From a virus (taxonomy: Duplodnaviria; Caudoviricetes), in the IMG/VR virus record IMGVR_UViG_3300020379_000218, positions 1-64,000 of that record: a stretch of 64,000 nucleotides of DNA, one strand, 5' to 3'. Both the position numbers and the translations under genes were made by a program. Every line of letters begins with the position of its first letter. Position 1 is the first letter of the stretch. Below the pieces are notes generated by a model, which saw nothing but the letters and a program-made list of their open reading frames with translations, ran no database searches and was not told where the DNA came from. Positions 9,130 through 19,774 of this stretch are shown here, in pieces.

Positions 9130-10590
9130 ATGCCAGCAATTATAACAAACAAATTTAGAAGAAATAACGCTCAGCAATTTGAAGAATCTTTTGGTGAAGC
9201 GTCTCCTAATATCTATTATCTAGGTATAGGAAAACCTTCTGCGTTTGGTACTAAAACTAGACCAGATGGTAGAACAGAAAATATTGGAACAGATAGTGCT
9301 CCAGTAACCCCAGCGGATTCAGTACAAGATGAGTATGATACTTTTGATGATTTACTTGCCGCTAAAAGAATTACAAGCTCAGATGTAAGTTTTGCTTGTC
9401 CTAGAATTAACTGGACAACAAATACAACTTATGATATTTACAGACACGACTATGGAAACAGAATTACTGGTTCTACTAATTTACAAAGTGCTCATAGTGG
9501 TGCAACTAATTTATATGATTCAAATTTCTATGTTTTAAATTCCAACTTCAATGTTTATAAGTGTTTAGATAACGATAATAACACACCTTCAACGGTTGAA
9601 CCTACTGGCGAGTCAACTTTGATTTTAGAAACTGCTGATGGATACAAATGGAAATATATGTACACTATGTCTGCTGCTCAACAAGCAAACTTCTTGTCAA
9701 CAGACTTTATGGGAGTTTCAACTAACTCAACGGTTACAAACAACGCAACAGACGGTGATGTTAATATCATCAAAATTAAAACTGCTGGTACAGGTGGTAC
9801 TGCTGGAACTTATACAAACATTCCTTTAAGAGGAGATGGTTCTGGTGGAACTTGTACGGTTACGGTTTCAAGTGGTTCGGTTACTTCTGTTATCGCAACA
9901 GGAACACCAACAGGATATACTTTTGCAAATGTAAGAGTGGCAGATATTAATGCTGCCGGTGCTGGTGCATTAACTGGTGCTGAACTAGATTGTATTATTG
10001 AACCAAAAGGTGGTCACGGTTTTGACCCATTTGAAGAATTAGGTGCTTTCTTTGTAATACTTAATACTTCTTTTGAAGGTGCTGAAACTGCAAACTCTGG
10101 TGACTTTACAACTGCAAACGATTTTAGAAGAGTTGCATTGCTTAGGGATCCTAAATCTGCTGGTTCGGCTGCAACGACAGCAACATTAAGAGCAACTAAA
10201 GCTGTTAGATTAAATTCAGGTGCTGGTACTTTTCAATCAGACGAAGTAATTACTCAAACAAACACAGGTGCTGTTGGTAAAGTAGTAGAATTTGATACTG
10301 CAAATAATATCTTATTTTACACACAAACAAGATATAATGATGAAGGTGTTGACGCAAGTGGAGACGGAACTTTATTTAGTGGTACAAATGTAATCACAGG
10401 TTCAACTTCTAGTGCAACTGGAACACCTACAGGTAATACTGAAACGGTTAACAATGTTTCTTTAGTTTCTGGTTATTCAACTTCTGAAATTGACGCTGAC
10501 TCTGGCGATGTAATGTACATTGAGAACAGAGCACCTGTTAATAGAAGTGCTGACCAAACGGAGAATGTTAAGTTAATCATAGAATTTTAA
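9130..10590 (+). CDS. gp8: Baseplate wedge subunit gp8
   Basis: VYKCLDN...DGYKWKYMY; GDVMYIENRAPVNRSADQTENVKLIIEF. Confidence 0.9.
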   Translation: MPAIITNKFRRNNAQQFEESFGEASPNIYYLGIGKPSAFGTKTRPDGRTENIGTDSAPVTPADSVQDEYDTFDDLLAAKRITSSDVSFACPRINWTTNTTYDIYRHDYGNRITGSTNLQSAHSGATNLYDSNFYVLNSNFNVYKCLDNDNNTPSTVEPTGESTLILETADGYKWKYMYTMSAAQQANFLSTDFMGVSTNSTVTNNATDGDVNIIKIKTAGTGGTAGTYTNIPLRGDGSGGTCTVTVSSGSVTSVIATGTPTGYTFANVRVADINAAGAGALTGAELDCIIEPKGGHGFDPFEELGAFFVILNTSFEGAETANSGDFTTANDFRRVALLRDPKSAGSAATTATLRATKAVRLNSGAGTFQSDEVITQTNTGAVGKVVEFDTANNILFYTQTRYNDEGVDASGDGTLFSGTNVITGSTSSATGTPTGNTETVNNVSLVSGYSTSEIDADSGDVMYIENRAPVNRSADQTENVKLIIEF

Positions 10591-10602
10591 AGAGGAAAAT
10601 AA

Positions 10603-13600
10603 ATGCCAAGTCCAACTGACTTTAACCTCTCGCCGTACTTTGATGACTTCTCGGAAGATAAAAGCTTCCATAGAATTCTTTTTAGACCAGCATTTGCTGT
10701 ACAGGCTAGAGAGTTAACTCAATCACAAACGATACTACAGAACCAATTTGAAAAAATGGGTAACCATATTTTTGAATCTGGTGCCCAAATGATTCCTGGT
10801 GAGATTACTTTTGACTTGGAATATTACGCAATCAAACTTACTTCTTTTGCTGGTACTACAGATTTATCACAATTTGTTGGACTAGAAATGACAGGACAAA
10901 CTTCTGGTGTAAAAGCAAAAGTTATCAATACAGATGTTGCAACTTCAACGGATCCTGCAACTCTATATGTTAAGTATACAAGAACTGGTACTAGTACTCA
11001 AACACCAGACTTTGTAGCACCTGAAACGGTTTTAGGTGTACACCCAACACTAGGTAATTTAACTGGTGTTGTTCAGTCTGCTGAAACTGGTTCTGCGGCT
11101 GCGGTTGCAGCTGGTACTTATTACATTAATGGTTATGCTGTTAATGTTCCTGAACAAACAATTGTATTAGACAAATATACAAACACACCTTCTTATAGAG
11201 TAGGTTTAACAATTACAGAAAGTTTTATTACACCTAACCTAGATACTTCTCTAGTAGATAACGCTGCCGGTTCGTCAAACGCAAACGCACCTGGTGCTCA
11301 CAGATTTAAAATTGCATTAACACTATCTAAACTATCAACTTCATCTATAGAAGACTCAAACTTTGTTGAGTTAATGAGATTACAAGATGGTAGATTACAA
11401 AATAGAGTTAGAACTACAGAATATTCTATATTAGAAGATACACTTGCTAGAAGAACTGCTGACGAAAGTGGTGACTATACAATCAGACCTTTTGATTTAG
11501 ATATTAGAGAACATTTAGATGATGGTAATAATAATAGAGGTATCTTTACTTCTGCAAATGGTGGTGACGCTACTAAACTTGCATTAGGATTATCTCCAGG
11601 TAAAGCATATGTTAAAGGATATGAAATTGATAAAGTAGGTACAACTTTTGTAGAAGTTGACAAACCAAGAAGTACAGGAACTGAAAATGGTTTCAATACT
11701 ATCTTTGATGTTGGAAACTTTATGAATGTATCTAACGCATATAACGCTCCAGATGTTAACTTTGTAACCGGTAAGTCGGAAGCATTTAAATCATTACAAT
11801 TAAAACTTGCTAATTCAAGTTATGTTGCTGGTAATATCTCAACAAATGTAAACAACAAAGTATTAGACATAGGTAGAGCAAAATCTAAAGGTTATGAATT
11901 TAACGCAACAACAGGTTCTGGTATAGGTAGTGCTTCAAACTTAGCACCATCTTCTCAAAATATATTTAAACATTATCTATTTGATATGGAAATGTTTAGT
12001 CATATTAAGATACCAACTAATCAAACATTTACAGATGGTGAATTAATAACTGGTAGTACTTCAGGTGCAACTGGTACAAAAGAAAGTGTATCAACAAATA
12101 CAACTTCTGCAATCACTTCATCTACAGCTGCAAATCCTGTTGTAATTACAATGACTGCTGATTTAGAAATAAATGATGGTGACGCAATTACGATAACAGG
12201 TGTCGCAACTCAAACAGAATTAAATGACAATGTATATTATGTAAGACAACTTGTTGGTGGTGTTGCAAAAAGAGAATTTGAATTATATGACGCTGACGGT
12301 GTTGGTGTTGATGGTTCTGCTCACGCAGGTGCTGGTGCTGGCGGAACTGCTTCTTGTTCAGTCGTAGTATTATCTGGTGTACAAGGAGAGTTTATTGTAG
12401 GAGAAACAATAACAGGTGGCACTTCATCAAATACTGCTGTTGTAAAAGCAAATGTATTTGGTAATCACGGTTTCACACATTACGGTTCAAGTGATGTAAA
12501 AGAATTAACAATGGCAGGAAGTCCAGTATATACTTCTCAAGCTGATTTAACTGCAACATATGGAGACAATACTCAATTATCTGGTAATATTTCTATTAGT
12601 GCTTCATCAGCAGATGTAACCGGTTTCAATACTCAATTCTTAACAGAATTAAAAATAGGAGATAGTGTTCAGTTTGCAACAACAGCTGGTACTATTTTAA
12701 CTAGAACGGTTATCAACATTTTAACTTCATCTTCAATTAGACTTGATAGTGCAATCTCAACAACTGCTGTATCAAACTCATTGATTGTAAGAAGAAGAGC
12801 AAAATTACAAGACGCAAGTAAAAATATTTCATTATTCAGTTTACCATATGACACGGTTAAAACATTAAAGACAGAAGCAAACTCTGGTATTTCAGATACT
12901 TCATTTATCGTAAGAAAAACTTTTGTAGGTTCTTTATCTTCAACTGGTGATATTACGATTACTGCAAACACAGGTGAAACTTTTGTCGCTCAATCAGAAT
13001 CAGATTATTCGGTAACAATTATGTCAGCAGGTGGTTCATCTTCTGCTGGTGCTGTCGGAGAAAAACTAACAACTACAGGTAATCAACACGAAGGCGATAC
13101 TTGTTTTACTTTAGGTGGTTCTCCAGTAGGTCGTTCACTAACTTTAGACTTTGGTGCTAATCATCAAGGACACGAAGTAAAAATTATTGCGACTATATCT
13201 AAATCTGCACAAAACGAAAAATCAAAATCATTACAATCAAATGAAGCGGTTACAATTACAACACAAGGTGAAGCAACTGCAAATCATATCGCATTAGGTA
13301 AAGCAGATATTTACCAATTAGTATCTGTTAAGATGGCTGCTGACTTTAGTACAACACCAACTTCTTCTGATACTGATATTACAGATAGATTTACATTAGA
13401 CAATGGTCAAAGAGATAACTTCTATGACATTGGTAGAATTGTAAGAAAACAAAATACTATTGCACCAACTGGACAATTATTAATTACATTTAACTATTTC
13501 ACACACGGTACTGGTGACTTCTTTAGTGTAGATAGTTATTCAGGTATTATTAATTACGAACAAATACCTAATTACACTTCTGATACTACAGGTCAAACTT

Positions 13601-16600
13601 ATGAGTTAAGAGATACACTAGATTTTAGACCACGAGTAGATGACGCAAGTACAATTAACTCTGGTGGCAACGATAGAAGTTTTGATGGCACAGGTGCTTC
13701 AACGGTTGATGTTGTTAAATTTAAAACAAATGTAACCACAGACCACGAATTTTATAAAGGAAGAGTAGACAAATTATTCTTAAACAAAGAAGGTACTTTT
13801 GAAGTACTTAAAGGTGCTGAAGATAGTATACCACAAGAACCTGGTTCTATTGATAACGCAATGCACCTTTACACTATTTCTTTACCACCATACACATTAT
13901 CTCCAGATAATGTATCGTATGAGACGGTAGAAAATAGAAGATACACAATGAGAGATATTGGTGCTATTGATAAGAAAATTGATAGAATAGAATATTACAC
14001 TCAATTGTCTCTATTAGAAAGTGCCGCTCAATCTTTACAAATACAAGACGCTGATGGTTTTGATAGATTTAAAAATGGTTTCGTAGTAGATAACTTTAAC
14101 GGTCACGGTATCGGTGAAGTAACCAATGGTTCATACAGATGTTCTATTGACTATGCAAGAGGTGAGTTAAGACCTTTATTCAACCAAGACGCTGTAAAAC
14201 TAGAAGAGATTGACGAAGATGGTACAACACTTGTTGATACTGATAGAGCAGCTGCAAACTATCAGAAGACTGGTGATTTATTAACATTACCATATACAGA
14301 AAAAGATTTAATTAATCAACCTTTTGCTTCAAAAGCAATTAATGTTAACCCATTTGCAATTTTCAGTTGGATGGGTACAATTGACTTAACACCTTCAAGT
14401 GATGAATGGAGAGAAACACAAAGAACTCCTGATTTAGTTGTAAATTCTGATACAGGTGCTTGGGATCAATTACAAAGACAAACAGGTATTACAGACCAAG
14501 ATGAGATTTCACTTGGTACGGTTTGGAACGAATGGCAAACTAACTGGACTGGTGCTCCGTTAACTTCAACGGTTACAGGTACTGGTGGAACATTTAGAAG
14601 TGGTCGTGCAATTGTAAGAAGAACTGAAATTACAAGTATTAACCAAGTTAACCAAAGTAGAACAGGTATTACAACTACTGCTGTTCCACAAACGGTTAGA
14701 ACTTCTATGGGTGATAGAGTTGTATCAGTTGCTTTCGTACCATTTATCAGAAGCCGTGATGTTGAATTTGTTGCAACAAGATTAAAACCAAATACAAGAG
14801 TATTTCCATTCTTTGACAATGTAAGTATTGCTCAATACATTACACCAACAGGTGGTGCATTAGGTGGTAACTTAATTACAGATGACAATGGTTCTGTATC
14901 AGGAACATTTACTATACCGGATCCAAAAATAGAAACTAATCCTAGATGGAGAACTGGAGAAAGAACATTTAGATTAACTTCTTCTTCAACAAACTCTTCG
15001 GACGCAGCTGCTGTTGCTACTGCGGCTAATGCTGAATATATCGCAAGAGGATTATTAAATACCGTTAGAGATACAATTGTTTCTACAAGAGAGTTTAGAG
15101 GTGTACAACAAACGGTTACAGATTCACAAACAATCTTACAAACAAGTACAAGACAAGGTACTCAAATTATAGGTTGGACAGACCCACTATCTCAAACATT
15201 TATGACAGATGAACAAGGTGGTGTTTTCTTATCTTCTGTAGATTTATATTTCTCAACAAAAGATTCTTCTATACCAATAACTATACAAGTTAGAAATACG
15301 GTCAATGGTTATCCTGGAAGTAAAATATTACCATTTGGTGAGGTTACAATAAATCCATCTGCTGTAAATACAAGTACTGATGGTTCAGTAAAAACAACAT
15401 TTACATTCCCATCGCCTGTTTACATACAAGATAAAGTTGAATACGCATTAACGGTGTTATCTAACTCAAACGAATATAATATGTATGTAGGTAGATTAGG
15501 AGAAACTAATTTAGGTTCTAATAGAACAATATCTAAACAACCATACGCTGGTGTATTATTTAAATCTCAAAACGGTTCTACTTGGACTGCTGAACAAAAC
15601 GAAGATATGAAATTCGTTATGAAAAGATGTGAGTTTAATAATGTAGTAGGTACGGTTCATTTAGGTAGTAAAGAATTACCAGCACAAACATTAAAACAAA
15701 ATGGTTTAAGAACAACAAATGGTTCTGGTGTAATTAGAGTATTCTTTAAAAATCATAACTTACACGATACAAATTCTGTGGTTACAATTGCTGGTGTTCC
15801 TAATGGTACACACAATGGTATCGCACATACAGATATTAATGGAACATACACAACTATTTCTAATATAACTTTAGATAGTTTTGATATTACTGCTCAAAAT
15901 TCTGCTACTGCAAATACTGATGGCGACATTGGTGGCACAGCAGTAACCTGCACAGGTAATAAACAATTTGATGTATTAAACTTAGCAGGTATTCAAACTA
16001 TGACGGTACCTGGTACAAGTTTAGCACCATTTATTAGAACAACAACTAGTAAATCAATTCACGGTACACAAACACCGTATCTATTAACTAGTGAAAGTAA
16101 TAGACAATCGGTTACATTGGCAGATGACATTTACTTTACTGCACCTCAAGCAGTTATGTCAGGACCTAATGAAACAACTAGAATGTCAGGACAAAAATCT
16201 TTCTATACTATTATAAGAATGGCAACAATTAATACTAAATTGTCTCCTGTAATTGATTTAGATAGAAGTAGTGTATTCTGTGTTTCAAACAGATTGAATG
16301 ACCCAACAAGTGGTAATACACCAAACTATGTTGCTGAAACTTCTGCAAATGGTTCATCAACTGCGTCTCAATATATTACTAAACCGATTACACTTGTAAA
16401 CAACTCAACTGCTTTAGATATTAGATTGACACAAGTAGTTAGAGATACTTCTAAAGTTGAAGTTTATTTTAGAACTTCATCAGCAGACGAAGTAAGAGGT
16501 ATCGGAGATATTGATTGGACACCTTTCAATGCAAATGGTGTTGAAGATGAATCTGTTGCAAAATCTAAAAATGATGATGACTTTAGAGAATACAAATATT

Positions 16601-16716
16601 CAAAAGATAACTTAAACGCATTTACAGCGTTTCAAATTAAGATTGTACTAAAAGGAACTAACTCTAGTTATCCACCAATCTTACGAGATATGAGAGGTAT
16701 CGCATTAGCGATTTAA
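10603..16716 (+). CDS. Large virion structural protein (DUF4815 / VrlC-like)
   Basis: PYFDDF...ILFRP..AVQARELTQ.Q; APGAHR; PGKAYVKGYE; RRYTMRDIG; DRFKNGFVVDNF; DPLSQTF. Confidence 0.88.
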   Translation: MPSPTDFNLSPYFDDFSEDKSFHRILFRPAFAVQARELTQSQTILQNQFEKMGNHIFESGAQMIPGEITFDLEYYAIKLTSFAGTTDLSQFVGLEMTGQTSGVKAKVINTDVATSTDPATLYVKYTRTGTSTQTPDFVAPETVLGVHPTLGNLTGVVQSAETGSAAAVAAGTYYINGYAVNVPEQTIVLDKYTNTPSYRVGLTITESFITPNLDTSLVDNAAGSSNANAPGAHRFKIALTLSKLSTSSIEDSNFVELMRLQDGRLQNRVRTTEYSILEDTLARRTADESGDYTIRPFDLDIREHLDDGNNNRGIFTSANGGDATKLALGLSPGKAYVKGYEIDKVGTTFVEVDKPRSTGTENGFNTIFDVGNFMNVSNAYNAPDVNFVTGKSEAFKSLQLKLANSSYVAGNISTNVNNKVLDIGRAKSKGYEFNATTGSGIGSASNLAPSSQNIFKHYLFDMEMFSHIKIPTNQTFTDGELITGSTSGATGTKESVSTNTTSAITSSTAANPVVITMTADLEINDGDAITITGVATQTELNDNVYYVRQLVGGVAKREFELYDADGVGVDGSAHAGAGAGGTASCSVVVLSGVQGEFIVGETITGGTSSNTAVVKANVFGNHGFTHYGSSDVKELTMAGSPVYTSQADLTATYGDNTQLSGNISISASSADVTGFNTQFLTELKIGDSVQFATTAGTILTRTVINILTSSSIRLDSAISTTAVSNSLIVRRRAKLQDASKNISLFSLPYDTVKTLKTEANSGISDTSFIVRKTFVGSLSSTGDITITANTGETFVAQSESDYSVTIMSAGGSSSAGAVGEKLTTTGNQHEGDTCFTLGGSPVGRSLTLDFGANHQGHEVKIIATISKSAQNEKSKSLQSNEAVTITTQGEATANHIALGKADIYQLVSVKMAADFSTTPTSSDTDITDRFTLDNGQRDNFYDIGRIVRKQNTIAPTGQLLITFNYFTHGTGDFFSVDSYSGIINYEQIPNYTSDTTGQTYELRDTLDFRPRVDDASTINSGGNDRSFDGTGASTVDVVKFKTNVTTDHEFYKGRVDKLFLNKEGTFEVLKGAEDSIPQEPGSIDNAMHLYTISLPPYTLSPDNVSYETVENRRYTMRDIGAIDKKIDRIEYYTQLSLLESAAQSLQIQDADGFDRFKNGFVVDNFNGHGIGEVTNGSYRCSIDYARGELRPLFNQDAVKLEEIDEDGTTLVDTDRAAANYQKTGDLLTLPYTEKDLINQPFASKAINVNPFAIFSWMGTIDLTPSSDEWRETQRTPDLVVNSDTGAWDQLQRQTGITDQDEISLGTVWNEWQTNWTGAPLTSTVTGTGGTFRSGRAIVRRTEITSINQVNQSRTGITTTAVPQTVRTSMGDRVVSVAFVPFIRSRDVEFVATRLKPNTRVFPFFDNVSIAQYITPTGGALGGNLITDDNGSVSGTFTIPDPKIETNPRWRTGERTFRLTSSSTNSSDAAAVATAANAEYIARGLLNTVRDTIVSTREFRGVQQTVTDSQTILQTSTRQGTQIIGWTDPLSQTFMTDEQGGVFLSSVDLYFSTKDSSIPITIQVRNTVNGYPGSKILPFGEVTINPSAVNTSTDGSVKTTFTFPSPVYIQDKVEYALTVLSNSNEYNMYVGRLGETNLGSNRTISKQPYAGVLFKSQNGSTWTAEQNEDMKFVMKRCEFNNVVGTVHLGSKELPAQTLKQNGLRTTNGSGVIRVFFKNHNLHDTNSVVTIAGVPNGTHNGIAHTDINGTYTTISNITLDSFDITAQNSATANTDGDIGGTAVTCTGNKQFDVLNLAGIQTMTVPGTSLAPFIRTTTSKSIHGTQTPYLLTSESNRQSVTLADDIYFTAPQAVMSGPNETTRMSGQKSFYTIIRMATINTKLSPVIDLDRSSVFCVSNRLNDPTSGNTPNYVAETSANGSSTASQYITKPITLVNNSTALDIRLTQVVRDTSKVEVYFRTSSADEVRGIGDIDWTPFNANGVEDESVAKSKNDDDFREYKYSKDNLNAFTAFQIKIVLKGTNSSYPPILRDMRGIALAI

Positions 16717-16719
16717 TAT

Positions 16720-16953
16720 ATGTCAAGTAGATATTTAAAAGTTGAAAGTGAAGTAAATTTAGTTAGAGATACACAATCAGGTGGTATTATTAATACTAAT
16801 TCAAGTGAATTTGATTTGTATATGCAAAGAAGAAAATTAAGAGTATCAAGTGCTGACAAAATGAAAGATGTTTGTAGAGAGATAAATACTTTAAAGGCAG
16901 AAATGTTTGAGATAAAAGAATTATTAAAAAATATGTGTAAAGGTAAAGAATAA
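16720..16953 (+). CDS. Small coiled-coil hypothetical protein of T4-like phages
   Basis: KVE...LVRD..SGGIIN...EINTLKAEMFEIKELL; TAATG coupling to next gene. Confidence 0.75.
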   Translation: MSSRYLKVESEVNLVRDTQSGGIINTNSSEFDLYMQRRKLRVSSADKMKDVCREINTLKAEMFEIKELLKNMCKGKE

Positions 16954-18254
16954 TGGCTGTAAGACAGGTAACAGAAACAGATAGTTTAGATAAATTAAGA
17001 ATAGAGTTTAATGCTCTTGCGGCTAATGACTTTGGAGATATTGCAACTCTATCACCAACTTTATCTGCGACTTCTGTAATCGGTGCTGTTAACGAGATTA
17101 ATAGTATTGCGATTGCCGCTGCCGGTTTCATATTATCAGATGGTGTTAATACACAGGCGGTTGCTTCTGGTAACACTATGTTGGTTACTTCTGGTTTAGG
17201 TGTTAATGCAACGGTATCATCACCAGATACTTTAAATATTGCATTAAATAATAACTTATCAGGTTTAAATACAATTGATGTAGGTACTTCTGCTGAAATA
17301 TCAAACATTACAATTTCAACATCATCAATTATTTCTGCAAGTGGAACAATTGATTTTGGTAACGAACAATTAAATACAACAGGTGGTATAAGTGCTGGTG
17401 GTTCATTAGTTGGTTCTACTTTAACACTTAACGGTGCTTCAATGAAATTTGAAGGTGCAACTGCAAACGCATTTGAAACTACTTTAAGAGTAGATGATCC
17501 ATCACAAGACAATATTATTACACTACCAGACATAAGTGGTACCGTTATTACTTCAGGTGATACAGGTACGGTAACTTCTACAATTTTAGCAAACAATGCT
17601 GTAGGTACATCACAAATTGCTGACTCTTCGGTAACGATTGCAAAACTATCAGGATTTGCAAGTGCAACATTAACGGTTGACACTTTAGTTGCAAATACTA
17701 TTACAGGTACTGCTTCATTAGCAACACAAGTAGACATTACTGGTGAGTCCACTACTAACGCAACAAGATATTTAACTTTTGCTGATAATTCATCTGGTGC
17801 AAATACATTAAAAGCGGATTCAAGTTTATACTATAACCCATCTACAAATATTTTAACAACGACTGCTACACAAGCAAGATATGCTGACTTGGCAGAAAAA
17901 TACAAAGCAGATAAAGAATACGAAGTCGGTACGGTATTATGTATCGGTGGAACTGCTGAGGTAACTATATGTACACAAAATCATTGTTCAAAAGTAGTTG
18001 GTGTTGTATCAGAAAAACCTGCCTTTATTATGAACGGCAGTTTAGAAGGTGTAACCGCTACGGTTGCAATGACAGGAAGAGTACCAGTTAAAGTTTGTGG
18101 TCCTGTAAGAAAAGGCGATATGTTAGTATCTTGTGATAAAGCAGGATGTGCTAGAGCAGAAGCAGAACCAAGACCAGGAACATTAATTGGAAAATCATTA
18201 GTCAATGACGATAATTCAGGAGAGAGAATTATAGAAGCAGTTGTTGGTAAATAG
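16953..18254 (+). CDS. Tail fibre protein with C-terminal intramolecular chaperone (Peptidase G2-like autocleavage domain)
   Basis: Thr/Ser/Gly-rich shaft; ARYADLAEKY...VVGVVS..P...VAMTGRVPVKV...KGDMLVS...IGKSL. Confidence 0.8.
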   Translation: MAVRQVTETDSLDKLRIEFNALAANDFGDIATLSPTLSATSVIGAVNEINSIAIAAAGFILSDGVNTQAVASGNTMLVTSGLGVNATVSSPDTLNIALNNNLSGLNTIDVGTSAEISNITISTSSIISASGTIDFGNEQLNTTGGISAGGSLVGSTLTLNGASMKFEGATANAFETTLRVDDPSQDNIITLPDISGTVITSGDTGTVTSTILANNAVGTSQIADSSVTIAKLSGFASATLTVDTLVANTITGTASLATQVDITGESTTNATRYLTFADNSSGANTLKADSSLYYNPSTNILTTTATQARYADLAEKYKADKEYEVGTVLCIGGTAEVTICTQNHCSKVVGVVSEKPAFIMNGSLEGVTATVAMTGRVPVKVCGPVRKGDMLVSCDKAGCARAEAEPRPGTLIGKSLVNDDNSGERIIEAVVGK

Positions 18255-18263
18255 GAGTATATT

Positions 18264-18743
18264 ATGGACGAACAAACCCAATTGTGGATTTCCAGATTAA
18301 AAGAGGAAATTCAATCACACGACAGATACGAAGCAAGACAATTATTCTACATAGATGACGAAGGACTTGACCGTGAGGTTAAAGAACATATGACTTATGG
18401 AGAATGGTTAAGAGAATTTGAAAGATTCAAAACTATCAAGGTGGAAGGTTTAGAAGATGTGGCCTGGTTAAGAGAAGTTTTAGATGAAGTTGTATTGAAT
18501 ATCACAGGTAAGAAAAGACAAGATATTCATTTATTTGTAAATCAAAAACCAGGTGTTAGTTTTAGAGAACACAAAGATGATAAAGATGTTTACTTATATG
18601 TTGTAAAAGGCAAGAAAAAAGTATCATTGAACGGTGAAGTTAAACCAGTATATGATGACGAAGGTATATTGATTGAACAAGGCGTTAAACACTTTGTAGA
18701 TAATGAAGCAGATACTTGGGGGTTAAGTATCGGAGTTGTATAA
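18264..18743 (+). CDS. Cupin/JmjC (Cupin_4, ROX-like) Fe(II)/2OG oxygenase
   Basis: IHLFVN..GVSFREHKDDKDVYLYVVKGKK...GVKH: HxD...H facial triad; GGAG RBS. Confidence 0.75.
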   Translation: MDEQTQLWISRLKEEIQSHDRYEARQLFYIDDEGLDREVKEHMTYGEWLREFERFKTIKVEGLEDVAWLREVLDEVVLNITGKKRQDIHLFVNQKPGVSFREHKDDKDVYLYVVKGKKKVSLNGEVKPVYDDEGILIEQGVKHFVDNEADTWGLSIGVV

Positions 18744-19774
18744 TGAATTGGATGTTTTATCTTAAAACAACCGAGACCTGCAATCTAAATTGTAAACATT
18801 GTTTTACTTCAGGTATCAATGGTCCTAAAGTCTACTGGAATCCAGATAAGATTATCAAGTGGCTTAAAAATTTCAGAAAATATAATTTTCAAAAACACGA
18901 TACAGCACATTTAGAACTACACGGTGGCGAACCGTTTTTAGTTCCTGTGTCTGAAATGCAATATGTCTATGACGCCACAAAGAATTTGTGGGAACAACAA
19001 TCAATGGGCATAACTTCCAATCTAGTTTTCAAACTTAAACAAGAACATATTGACTTTATCAAAGGTCCATTAGGTAATAGATGTGGAACAAGTTGGGATC
19101 CTAATATAAGATTTGCAAATGAGAAACAAGCAAACTTATGGCGTAAGAATGTAGAGACATTAATCGCCGAAGGTGTCAATATTAAACTTTTTATTTCAGT
19201 AACCAAAGACACAATTAGAATTGAACCTATTGAATTACTAAAATGGGTAAGAGATTTGGGTGTAAAAGAAATGGCACTAGAAAGATTGACTGGAAATGGT
19301 AATGCAAACTTACATCCAGAGATATTTCCTAGTAATATAGAACAAGACAAGTGGTTTTTGAAAATGCACGAACAATCTATTGAGTATAATACAAGAGATT
19401 GGTTTGAAAATGAGTTTTTTGAGACAATTTATTCAAAATTTGAGTATGGTTCAACAAAAGATGGCACATTTTGCCGAGATTGTGAACAAAAACTATTTAC
19501 ACTTAACGCAACAGGCACAATAGGCGGTTGTCCTAACGCAGCTCCCGAGTTTAATTTTGGAACTTTAGATGACCCTCTAGTAGAACTTATAAATAGTCCT
19601 AAGAGATTAGAAAATGTTGCTTGTGAAGTGGCAAGGAACCCTAAATGCTTTGATTGTGAAGTATTTAAATATTGTGGAGGCGACTGCCATCAATTAGAAT
19701 GGCAAGGTAATGTATGTGGTGCTCCTAAATCTCTTATGAAGCACTTAAAGAAACAAAGTGAGGCGAAATGGTAA
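18743..19774 (+). CDS. Radical SAM/SPASM enzyme 1
   Basis: CNLNCKHC (CX3CX2C), HGGEP, C-terminal CRDC...GGCP...CFDC..FKYCGGDC...C; TAATG coupling at 18743. Confidence 0.92.
   Translation: MNWMFYLKTTETCNLNCKHCFTSGINGPKVYWNPDKIIKWLKNFRKYNFQKHDTAHLELHGGEPFLVPVSEMQYVYDATKNLWEQQSMGITSNLVFKLKQEHIDFIKGPLGNRCGTSWDPNIRFANEKQANLWRKNVETLIAEGVNIKLFISVTKDTIRIEPIELLKWVRDLGVKEMALERLTGNGNANLHPEIFPSNIEQDKWFLKMHEQSIEYNTRDWFENEFFETIYSKFEYGSTKDGTFCRDCEQKLFTLNATGTIGGCPNAAPEFNFGTLDDPLVELINSPKRLENVACEVARNPKCFDCEVFKYCGGDCHQLEWQGNVCGAPKSLMKHLKKQSEAKW
19588..19595 (+). promoter_or_regulatory. Candidate internal late promoter upstream of the CHxS-repeat gene
   Basis: Exact TATAAATA inside rSAM1, ~170 nt before ATG 19768; could be chance. 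Confidence 0.35.

Noticed and set aside
16796-17752. 318-aa minus-strand ORF and the many other antisense ORFs over structural genes
   Set aside because: Shadows of well-supported + strand genes with biased codon usage; no RBS or recognisable motifs.
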